The position numbers and the translations under genes are program-made. From an uncultured delta proteobacterium (GTDB lineage: Bacteria > Myxococcota_A > Polyangia > Polyangiales > Polyangiaceae), in NCBI GenBank assembly GCA_963716725.1, contig CAVQUB010000010.1, forward strand, positions 64,001 to 128,000: a stretch of 64,000 nucleotides of DNA, read 5' to 3'. Below are positions 1 to 7,828 of this stretch, one piece after another. The notes beneath the pieces were generated by a model. It was not told where the DNA came from, searched no databases, and was given only the letters and a program-made list of their open reading frames with translations. How positions within the stretch are numbered: the stretch's first letter is position 1; each line of letters begins with the position of its first letter.

Positions 1-337
1 CGTCCAGCTCGGACAAGACGTCATCAGCGAAAGCATCCAGATCCCGAACTCCGCCCGCGGCTTGCGCGAGGTCGCGCTCGAGCGACGCGGTGATGTCACC
101 CAGAGAGGCGTCGGTGTGGCCATTGGCCGCTTCATCAGCCGAACTCCGGGTACCGGGCGAGTCGTTGCCGTTTGCAAATGCCCCGGCGAATGAGAGCCCA
201 ACGCCTTGTGCGGGCTCTGACAGCACGGGCTCCGCTGTCGGGGGGAGCATGGCGGTCAGCGCGTCGAAGGCGACAGCAACCTGCGCAAGCTCAGCAACGG
301 CGGCCCGCCAGTTTGTCTCTGGGTCAGCGGTGGACAT
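1..337 (-). CDS. Partial hypothetical helical protein (runs off window start), cargo of the integrated element
   Basis: ATG at 337 lies 2 nt after the stop of the 340-1176 ORF; open frame MSTADPETNWRAAVAELAQ... to position 1. Confidence 0.55.
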   Translation of the reverse strand, partial: MSTADPETNWRAAVAELAQVAVAFDALTAMLPPTAEPVLSEPAQGVGLSFAGAFANGNDSPGTRSSADEAANGHTDASLGDITASLERDLAQAAGGVRDLDAFADDVLSELD

Positions 338-339
338 GC

Positions 340-1176
340 CTACAAAATTGCTTTCGCCATCTCGAGGATGGGCTTGATGGTCTCGATGACATCCAGTATC
401 GGGCGGATCTTTCCGATCAGGCCGGCCAGCGAGTCCTCGAACTCCCCCACACCTTCCTCCTTCGCATTGCCCAGCAACGAGGTCGCGGCGCGGACGCCGG
501 ACGCTGCGGTTTCGAGCGACTGGATGGCTTGAGTGAGGAAGCTCGATTCGATCTTCGAGGAACTAGTGTTGACGGAGCCGTCGAGGTGGTCCGAGAAATT
601 CTCAGAACGTCCACGAAAGTGTTCGGTCAAGGAATCTACCGCTTGCGCCAACGTCTCCGAGTTCGCCTTCACCGTGGACGCCCATGAGGAGAGTCGCTCC
701 TCCACTGTCCCGGCTCGTTCTTCGGTCTCGGTCAAGAGCAGCCCCGTGGCGTCGTTCACCTCCGACATTGCAGCTTCGGCGGAGGACAACCGAGTGCTCA
801 ACAACTCTTGAAGCTCACTCGCACGCGACGAGATGCTCGAGAGCGAGTCCTCCCCCTGGTTCTCGAGCGTCTCAACCAGCGAGCGCAGCGACGCTACACG
901 GGGCGCTAGCTCGCCCAAGTTCTCGCCGCTGGTCGTGCCGCGAGCCGCGCGAAGGCTCTCGAGCCGGCTTCGAGCCAGGTCGACTTCGGTGTCCCAATCG
1001 GTCTGTGCCGCGTTGAGGTTGCCGCGCGACCGCTCCAGAAGAACCCGCGCGTCTGCGACCGCGGCGCAGAACGCATGGTGCGTGGTGCGCGCTTGCTCTG
1101 CGAGTCGCGTCATCGCGGCAGTCGCGGACCGCAGCTGCGCCACGGCGTCCGCGTCCGAAGCCGGGTGGAGTGGCAC
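340..1176 (-). CDS. Hypothetical coiled-coil/apolipoprotein-like protein
   Basis: 278 aa, Ala/Ser/Glu/Leu-rich heptads, amphipathic C-terminus IRPILDVIETIKPILEMAKAIL. Confidence 0.7.
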   Translation of the reverse strand: MPLHPASDADAVAQLRSATAAMTRLAEQARTTHHAFCAAVADARVLLERSRGNLNAAQTDWDTEVDLARSRLESLRAARGTTSGENLGELAPRVASLRSLVETLENQGEDSLSSISSRASELQELLSTRLSSAEAAMSEVNDATGLLLTETEERAGTVEERLSSWASTVKANSETLAQAVDSLTEHFRGRSENFSDHLDGSVNTSSSKIESSFLTQAIQSLETAASGVRAATSLLGNAKEEGVGEFEDSLAGLIGKIRPILDVIETIKPILEMAKAIL

Positions 1177-1547
1177 GGGGGCATGTTAGCCGGCCATCGA
1201 GGCCGGGGTCGAGGGTTCGGCGTGCCTCCCGGCGGGATCGCGCACCGACGCATCGGCCGCCGACAAGCGCACCTCGGATGCCCAGCCGATTTGGGCTGGG
1301 GCTCGCGAGCGGAACAGACGCGCGCGGCCGCCCTTGGCCGGCGGTGGGGAGGGGCTCAGGCCCGGAAATGGCTCGACGTGATCCGGTGGCGCCCTGACCC
1401 CTGCCGTCGCGAAGGCCTGGAGCAGTCTCCTTCCGGAAGGGAAGCAGCCTGTCGCGAGCGAGTAGCTACCGATGGACGCACCGCGTCAGCCCCGAGGCGG
1501 CGGCGGCGCTGTCCATGTCCCCGCTCCGCTGCTAAACTTGGGCGGTC

Positions 1548-2216
1548 ATGACACGGTCGCCTGCAGGTTCGGAGCGGAGTCAGCGTGATCGCTCGGCGAG
1601 CCATGAACTGCTCACTGAAACGTACGAGCACGAGTCGGTGGTGAACATCTACCAGTCGCGCCTTCAGTCTTTGTTCTACGACCTCGCTGCCATGTCGCGC
1701 GCGATCGGCATGGACGCGCGCGTCGAGCTCACGCCATCGAGGCGGCGCATCGAGTTGGCCACTGGCTCGTACTTGGCATTGAGGCCGTTTCCAGCAGAAA
1801 TTCCCCGGGAACTGCTCGCGAAGCTTGACCAGATATTCGCTGCTGCGCGCGACGATGATGCCCGTGGTGCGGCGCGCGTGTTCCTGCTCGCGCAGATCGA
1901 CGCCGAGTCGCGACGGACGGGTGGACGCGTCGAGCTGCGCAGGTTCGAAGGAATCAGGATCATATTTGCGGCGCAGTATCCCGAATACGCGACCGGTCTG
2001 ACCGACGAGCGGCTCCAGACCGCCCTCGACGTTTGGGTTCGCCGGGGTGGCCCACGGAAGAACAAGACCATTCCCAAGAAGTGGGTTGCGCTCGCGAACC
2101 TCATGAACGAGGTCGGCCTCGGGCCGATCAAGGCCAGTAGCCTCGCCCAGCAGTGGTTGAGTTCCCCCTGCAACCAAGCCGTGTCCCGGCGGAGAACTCC
2201 TAGGTCGGGGAACTGA
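1548..2216 (+). CDS. Hypothetical protein, possible C-terminal DNA-binding helix bundle
   Basis: 222-aa ORF co-oriented upstream of xis-int; basic segment RRGGPRKNKTIPKKW followed by short helices. Confidence 0.55.
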   Translation: MTRSPAGSERSQRDRSASHELLTETYEHESVVNIYQSRLQSLFYDLAAMSRAIGMDARVELTPSRRRIELATGSYLALRPFPAEIPRELLAKLDQIFAAARDDDARGAARVFLLAQIDAESRRTGGRVELRRFEGIRIIFAAQYPEYATGLTDERLQTALDVWVRRGGPRKNKTIPKKWVALANLMNEVGLGPIKASSLAQQWLSSPCNQAVSRRRTPRSGN

Positions 2217-2228
2217 ACAGTTAGTTCC
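2209..2228. promoter_or_regulatory. Candidate operator palindrome upstream of xis-int
   Basis: GGAACT-N8-AGTTCC in an AT-richer patch about 80 nt before the xis ATG. Confidence 0.35.
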
Positions 2229-2308
2229 TTGGGCTGTCTGTTTTGGTGCTCGACGCGGTCGTAAGACTTCAGGGTCGGCGGCCCCAAACCAACCCCCCTG
2301 GAGAACCA

Positions 2309-2551
2309 ATGCAGACCAATGATTCGAACCCCCCGGACCAGGAAGGCGCGCTCTGGGACGCCAACGATGTCGCGTCGTACCTCAAAGCCAGCCGGAGCTG
2401 GGTCTACCAGCGCGCTGAAGCTGGCCAGCTCCCTTGCCTTCGCATCGGCGGCTTGCTCCGTTTCGACCCTGCGGCGGTCCGCGCCCATGCACGTGGCGAG
2501 CAGCCCGTGCACGCCCGCGTGATACCCTTGACTCCGCGGCGGAGGAAGTGA
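2309..2551 (+). CDS. Excisionase-like HTH (MerR/HTH_17) protein
   Basis: WDANDVASYLKASRSWVYQRAEAGQLPCLRIGGLLRFD signature; GGAG RBS before ATG 2309; 3 nt from integrase start. Confidence 0.85.
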   Translation: MQTNDSNPPDQEGALWDANDVASYLKASRSWVYQRAEAGQLPCLRIGGLLRFDPAAVRAHARGEQPVHARVIPLTPRRRK

Positions 2552-2554
2552 GCG

Positions 2555-4075
2555 ATGGCCTCGGTCTACCAGCGTGGAACGAAGTGGTACCTGCGGTTTC
2601 GCGACCGTCATGGTCGCTGGCGCGATCGCGTCTCCGCGGCCCGGACCAAGACCGAGGCCAAGCGGCTTGCCATCGAGGTCGAACAGCGCTCGGAGCGAGA
2701 GCGGCTCGGCTTGGAGGTTCCCCGGGAGCACGACGAGCGCACCGTAGCCGACCTGCTCACCTGGTGGCTCGACACCTACTCGAAGGGCAGCCCCTCGCAT
2801 GAACGGAACCGGGCGACCGTCGAGAAGAACCTGTTAGGGAGCGAGCTAGGCAAGACCCGCCTCGACGACCTGGGCCCCGGGCAGATCGAGACCTACCTGC
2901 AGGCGCGCTCTGCCAGTCTCGCACCGCAGAGCCTGAACCACTTGCGCCGGTTCATCCTCACCGCATTCAACAAGGCCAAGGCAGCCGGAAAATGGCACGG
3001 AGCGAATCCGGCTGCGGAGGTGGCCCGTCGCAAGGTGCCGAAGGGGTTGCCCAGCTTCCTGGCCGCGGACGAGGTTCCGAAGGTGCTCGCGGCCCTGGCC
3101 CCGCGATGGCGCCCGTTGTTCGCTACGGCCATCTACACCGGGCTTCGCCGGGGAGAGCTGCTTGGTCTTCGCAAGCGCGACGTGGACTTCCAGGCCGGCC
3201 TCGTTCACGTGAAGCGTTCCCACGCCGCGAACACTACCAAGGGCGGGCACGCGGACGCAGTCCCGATCGCGACCGAGTTGATCCCCTACCTCCGCGAGGC
3301 ATTCGCTCGCTCGCCGTCCGACTTGGTCTTCCCGAAGGCGGACGGGACCATGATGCGCCCCGACGTAGCCCTCGAAGGCGTCCTTCGCCGTGCGATGGCC
3401 CGTGCCGGCATCGTGGAGGGCTACCAGCACGTCTGCCGGAAGAAAGGCTGCAAGCATGTTGAGCACGTCCTCGACGCGTCAGAACGGCGCTGCCCGGTTC
3501 ACAACCACCGCCTATGGCCCAAGGCCAAGGTCCGCCCCATCCGTTTCCACGATCTCCGCCACACCACGGCGAGCTTGCTCATGATGGCGGGATCCAGCAC
3601 CGCTGCGGTCCAGCGCATCCTGCGCCACAAGGACCCGCGCGTCACGGTCGAGGTCTACGGCCACCTCACGCCCGGATACCTGCGTGCAGAAGTCGATCGC
3701 TTGCAGTTCAATCCCAAGCCGACCGAGCAGAACGAGCAACGGCAAGTCCAACCTGTCGCAGTCAATGCCGATGCGTTTGCTGCACCCGTGCTGCAGAGCT
3801 CGGAGAGCGACACTTCCGACGACGACAGCAGCGACGAAAGTCCCGAGTCGTCTCCACCGGTTAACTTCGCGCGCCCGAGAGGATTCGAACCTCTGACCTA
3901 CGGCTCCGGAGGCCGTCGCTCTATCCAGCTGAGCTACGGGCGCAGTTGGGCGCTCTCACTAGCACGGGGCAACCCGCTGGGAAAGTGGGGTGCTTCGCGC
4001 CTGAGCGGGGGTAAGCTGCGGCCGAAATGCGCGTCATCGTCGTCCCGTGCCTCCAGGACAACTACGCCTACCTGA
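2555..4075 (+). CDS. Tyrosine recombinase/phage integrase (integrated-state C-terminus read through the tRNA)
   Basis: TGLRRGEL (R), FHDLRH (HxxR), LRH..VTVEVY (H,Y); N-terminal arm-binding beta domain. Confidence 0.95.
   Translation: MASVYQRGTKWYLRFRDRHGRWRDRVSAARTKTEAKRLAIEVEQRSERERLGLEVPREHDERTVADLLTWWLDTYSKGSPSHERNRATVEKNLLGSELGKTRLDDLGPGQIETYLQARSASLAPQSLNHLRRFILTAFNKAKAAGKWHGANPAAEVARRKVPKGLPSFLAADEVPKVLAALAPRWRPLFATAIYTGLRRGELLGLRKRDVDFQAGLVHVKRSHAANTTKGGHADAVPIATELIPYLREAFARSPSDLVFPKADGTMMRPDVALEGVLRRAMARAGIVEGYQHVCRKKGCKHVEHVLDASERRCPVHNHRLWPKAKVRPIRFHDLRHTTASLLMMAGSSTAAVQRILRHKDPRVTVEVYGHLTPGYLRAEVDRLQFNPKPTEQNEQRQVQPVAVNADAFAAPVLQSSESDTSDDDSSDESPESSPPVNFARPRGFEPLTYGSGGRRSIQLSYGRSWALSLARGNPLGKWGASRLSGGKLRPKCASSSSRASRTTTPT
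3870..3943 (-). tRNA. tRNA-Arg (anticodon CCG), CCA not encoded
   Basis: GCGCCCG/CGGGCGC acceptor stem, D arm TAGCTCAGCTGGATAGAGC, anticodon arm ACGGC-CTCCGGA-GCCGT, GTTCGAATC T loop. Confidence 0.97.
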
Positions 4076-4788
4076 TCCACCTGGAGGGCAGCGGCGACGC
4101 CGTGGTCGTCGATCCGAGCGAGACCGCGCCGGTGGTCGCCGCGCTGGAGGCGCACGGGCTGAGACTCACCGGGATCCTCTCGACCCACCACCACTGGGAC
4201 CACATCGGCGGAAATGAGGAGCTGAGCGAGCGCTTTGGGCACCCGCCGGTATACGGACACCGCTCCGACGCCGGGCGCATCCCGCTGCTGAGCGTGAAGC
4301 TGGACCACGAAGAGCAGTTCGAACTCGCCGGGCTCGGCTTCCGCGCGCTGCACGTCCCCGGGCACACCTCGGGGGCACTCGCCTACGTTACGGGAGACGC
4401 GGTGTTCACTGGGGACACCTTGTTCGCGGCGGGCTGCGGCCGCCTGTTCGAGGGCACACCGAAGCAGATGTACGAGTCGTTGAACGTGAAGCTCGGGGGA
4501 CTCCCGGATGCGACGCGCGTGTTCTGCGGCCACGAGTACACGGCATCGAACCTGCACTTCGCGCAGTCGGTCGAGCCAGATAACGCCGACGTGCGGGCGA
4601 GGGTCGAGCGCGTGGCTTCGCTGCAATCACGCGGCGAGCCCACCGTGCCCTCGAGCATCGGCGATGAGCGGCGGACCAATCCGTTCATGCGCTGCGACAG
4701 CCCGGCGATTCGACGCAAGTTCGAGGGCGCGCAGAGCGCGGTGGACGTGCTCGCGCAGCTCCGCGAGGCGAAGGACTCTTTCCAGTGA
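4027..4788 (+). CDS. gloB: Hydroxyacylglutathione hydrolase (glyoxalase II)
   Basis: DNYAY, THHHWDHIGG, PGHT, FTGDTLF, GCGRLFEG, GHEYT, TNPFMR. Confidence 0.95.
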   Translation: MRVIVVPCLQDNYAYLIHLEGSGDAVVVDPSETAPVVAALEAHGLRLTGILSTHHHWDHIGGNEELSERFGHPPVYGHRSDAGRIPLLSVKLDHEEQFELAGLGFRALHVPGHTSGALAYVTGDAVFTGDTLFAAGCGRLFEGTPKQMYESLNVKLGGLPDATRVFCGHEYTASNLHFAQSVEPDNADVRARVERVASLQSRGEPTVPSSIGDERRTNPFMRCDSPAIRRKFEGAQSAVDVLAQLREAKDSFQ

Positions 4789-5792
4789 CGGCGGGCCGAG
4801 CGCCGCTGGTGCTGGCGCTGGCGCTAGTGGCCCTGGCCTGCGACGGGCGTGGAGCGAAGGCGAATTCGCCGGCGGTCCCCGAAGCGGCACCCGCCGCTTC
4901 AGGCTCGACCCTTGCGAAGGTCGAGTCAGCACCGAGCGCGAGCGCGAACGCGGGACCGACGGGGCCGATCACCCCCGCGACCGAGGTCACGTGGGTCTAC
5001 GACTCGACGCCGGTCGGACCGATGCAGATCGTGGTGCGGCTGCCGGCGCGCCGAGCGGGGCAGCGGTTTCCGGTGCTGATCGCCATGCACGGGCGGGGCG
5101 AGGCGATGAAGGGGCCCGCCCACGGGGCCCGCGGCTGGGTCGACGACTATGGGCTCGTGGCGGCTCTCGGACGCCTGCACGCGCCGCCGCTGGTCCCAAA
5201 GGATCTCGAGGCCCTCGCGGCGCCGGAGCGCCTCGCCCGCCTGAACGCGGCGCTCGTGGATCGCGCCTTCGGCGATCTCGTCGTGGTGTGTCCGTACACG
5301 CCCGACATCCTGGCCGGCGATCGTGCCTTCAGCGCAGCGTTGCCCCTCGCTCGCTTCCTGGTCGACGAGCTCTTGCCTCGCGTGAACCGCGAGACACCGT
5401 CGCTCGGCACGGCAGCATCGACGGGGATCGATGGAGTGAGCCTGGGGGGGCGCGCGGCGCTACTCGTCGGGCTGGAGCGCGCCGAGTCGTTTGGAGCAGT
5501 GGCCGCGCTTCAGGCGGCCTTCGACTCGGCCGACGCGCCCGAGCTGACACGTCGCGCCAAGCGCGCTCGGGAGAAGAACCCGAAGCTCTCGATCCGCCTG
5601 CTCACGAGTGAGGGCGACTTCTTTCTGCGCGCCAACAAGAACATCTCGAAGGCATTCGGCGAGGCCGGGGTGCCCCACGAGCTTCGCGTGGTGCCCGGCC
5701 CGCACGACTACGTGTTCAATCGAGGGCCAGGGGTCTACGAGATGCTCCTGTTCCACGACCGCGTGCTGCGTGGCGCCGCGGCCATCCCCTGA
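4785..5792 (+). CDS. Alpha/beta-hydrolase (esterase) lipoprotein
   Basis: Lipobox ALAC, MHGRG, GVSLGG nucleophile elbow, GPHDY. Confidence 0.85.
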   Translation: MTAGRAPLVLALALVALACDGRGAKANSPAVPEAAPAASGSTLAKVESAPSASANAGPTGPITPATEVTWVYDSTPVGPMQIVVRLPARRAGQRFPVLIAMHGRGEAMKGPAHGARGWVDDYGLVAALGRLHAPPLVPKDLEALAAPERLARLNAALVDRAFGDLVVVCPYTPDILAGDRAFSAALPLARFLVDELLPRVNRETPSLGTAASTGIDGVSLGGRAALLVGLERAESFGAVAALQAAFDSADAPELTRRAKRAREKNPKLSIRLLTSEGDFFLRANKNISKAFGEAGVPHELRVVPGPHDYVFNRGPGVYEMLLFHDRVLRGAAAIP

Positions 5793-5796
5793 GCGG

Positions 5797-6132
5797 CTAC
5801 TCGTACGCGTCGACGGTCAGCAGATCGATGAGGCCGCGGATCGCCGCCGACGAAGGCTCGAAGCACAGGCCGAGCTCGCTCACGCCATCTCGCTCGTGAG
5901 CCCAGGCCACGCGCGCGGGCACCTCGAGGGGGTCCCAACGGTTCGGGCTTTCGACGGACAAGCGGACCGAGGCGCCCGTGGGGACGTCCGCGTCCGTTTC
6001 GAGGCGCGCGCCTCCGAGCGAGAGATCGACGATGCGCGCCGGGCGCCGCCACAGTCCGTCGGAGCCGCCCAGCGACCCCACCAGCCGGGTCGAGTGGCGC
6101 CCGAGGCCGCGAAAATGCCCGCGTCCGCTCAT
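5797..6132 (-). CDS. Single-domain PilZ-like protein
   Basis: DLSLGG motif, ARVAW, LGLCF; start placed at ATG 6132. Confidence 0.75.
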   Translation of the reverse strand: MSGRGHFRGLGRHSTRLVGSLGGSDGLWRRPARIVDLSLGGARLETDADVPTGASVRLSVESPNRWDPLEVPARVAWAHERDGVSELGLCFEPSSAAIRGLIDLLTVDAYE

Positions 6133-6291
6133 GTTCCGGCCCAAACCTATCATGCCGGCGGCGCGCTGGCCGGTAGTGATGGACTTGGGGTCGCCGCGCC
6201 GGTGGGGGTAGGATAGCGTTCCAAACGCCGGTTCCTGATCGGCACCCAAGCGCCCCGAGAAGCGGTGCGTCAGAGTACGGAAGAGAGATTC

Positions 6292-7749
6292 ATGTCCCAG
6301 GACACGCGAAAAGACCCGCGCGCAAAGGTGCTCACGATGACGGTCCGCTACAAGAGCGCGACCCTGGACGAGTTCATCGAGCATCACTCCCACGACGTGA
6401 GTCGGGGCGGGATGTTCATCAAGACCCCGTCGCCTTTCCCCCCGGGGACTCTGCTCAAGTTCGAGGTGAAGATCGCCGAGGACAAGAAGGTCATGCAGGG
6501 CGTGGGCCGGGTGGTGTGGAAGCGCGAGTCCACCGATTCCAGCTCTGACAATCCCTCCGGGATGGGCGTGAAGTTCATCAAGATCGACGACGATTCGACC
6601 AAGGTCATCGACACCCTGGTGAAGGGACGCGGGGAAGGGGGCGCTGCCTTCGAGGCCGGGGAAGCCGAGACGCCCGCCCCCGCCGGCGCGCCCAAGCCCG
6701 CCGCCGCTCCCTCGGCTGCGCCCGCGGCGAAGCCCGTCATCACCAAGGCGCCCACCGCGGCTCCCAAGGAATCCACGCCTGCTCCCGCGGTCACGACCGC
6801 GGGCCCGAAGCCTGCCGAGGGACCCAAGCGCAAGTCGACCATGATCGGCCTCGGCGCCGTCGGCGCGTCGGCGACGCCTCCGAAGCCCTCGGAGCCGGCG
6901 CCGGCTGCCAAAGAGGACTCGTCATTCTTCCCCAAGACGGAGTCCGAGAAGGACATGCCGCCGCCGGAAGATCGCACGGTGATGAAGCAAGCCGCTGAGT
7001 TGCTCAAGGACGCACTGCGCGAAGCGGGTGGATCGATGGACGAGGTCGGCGAGGCGCCGGCCGCCGAGGAGCCCGAGAAACCGCCCGAGAAGTCCAAGAG
7101 CGACCCGCCGCCCGCGAAGGCGAAGAGCGATCCGGCCCCGACAGGCAAGAAGGGCGAGTCTGCCGCTGCGGCGGTAGCCGCGGAGACCAAGAAGGCATCG
7201 GCCAAGCCCGAACCTGCGCGCGCGTCGGAACCCCGAGTCGAGAAGAAGGAAAGCGTTCGACCCGCGGCGGTTGCGCGCGCCGTGCCGTCCGTCGCACCAG
7301 CAGCTCAGGCGAGCGGCGGCGGTGCCGCAAAGGCCATCGGCCTGTTGGTCGCCGTTGGCGTGATCGCTGGCGCGGTGTTCATGTTCACCCGCGAGAAGCC
7401 TGCGGAGACCCCGCCGCCTCCGCCGGAACCAACTGTCGCGACCACGCCGGCCGTGACCGCGGAACCCACCCCGACACCAGTCGAAACGGCGCCCGCGGCG
7501 CCGACGGTGAGCGCGCCGCCCGAGGCCTCGGCCGCACCCCAGGCGACGAGCGCGGCGCCCCCTCCCAAGCCGCCGCCTGTGGCCGTGCCCAAGCCGCCAC
7601 CCGTCGTGGCCGTGCCCGTGCCCAAGCCTCCCAAGCCTCCGCCCGTGGTCGTGGCTCCGACACCACCCGTGCCGAAGCCGCCCCCGGTGGTGCCCACTCC
7701 CCCGACGCCGAAGCCGCCGCCGGTGAACACCAGCGACAACCCATACTGA
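6292..7749 (+). CDS. TIGR02266-type PilZ-domain membrane protein with Pro-rich tail
   Basis: RKDPR, DVSRGGMFIKT, GRVVW, GMGVKF; single TM; Pro-rich C-terminus ending DNPY. Confidence 0.85.
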   Translation: MSQDTRKDPRAKVLTMTVRYKSATLDEFIEHHSHDVSRGGMFIKTPSPFPPGTLLKFEVKIAEDKKVMQGVGRVVWKRESTDSSSDNPSGMGVKFIKIDDDSTKVIDTLVKGRGEGGAAFEAGEAETPAPAGAPKPAAAPSAAPAAKPVITKAPTAAPKESTPAPAVTTAGPKPAEGPKRKSTMIGLGAVGASATPPKPSEPAPAAKEDSSFFPKTESEKDMPPPEDRTVMKQAAELLKDALREAGGSMDEVGEAPAAEEPEKPPEKSKSDPPPAKAKSDPAPTGKKGESAAAAVAAETKKASAKPEPARASEPRVEKKESVRPAAVARAVPSVAPAAQASGGGAAKAIGLLVAVGVIAGAVFMFTREKPAETPPPPPEPTVATTPAVTAEPTPTPVETAPAAPTVSAPPEASAAPQATSAAPPPKPPPVAVPKPPPVVAVPVPKPPKPPPVVVAPTPPVPKPPPVVPTPPTPKPPPVNTSDNPY

Positions 7750-7828
7750 CCATGTCCGGACCACTCACCGGATCGGCATCGATCGACTGAGCGGTCGCTC
7801 GATCGACGCCGGCCCACCCTCGTCTCGC

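Larger units (their letters stand above)
1..3870. mobile_element. Right end of an integrative element/prophage inserted at the 3' side of tRNA-Arg
   Basis: xis-like HTH plus tyrosine integrase abutting the tRNA 3' end; host-type genes resume at 4027; the other att copy would lie outside the window. Confidence 0.8.

Noticed and set aside
1177..1547. ncRNA in the divergent gap of the element
   Set aside because: Only short GC hairpins, no recognisable family
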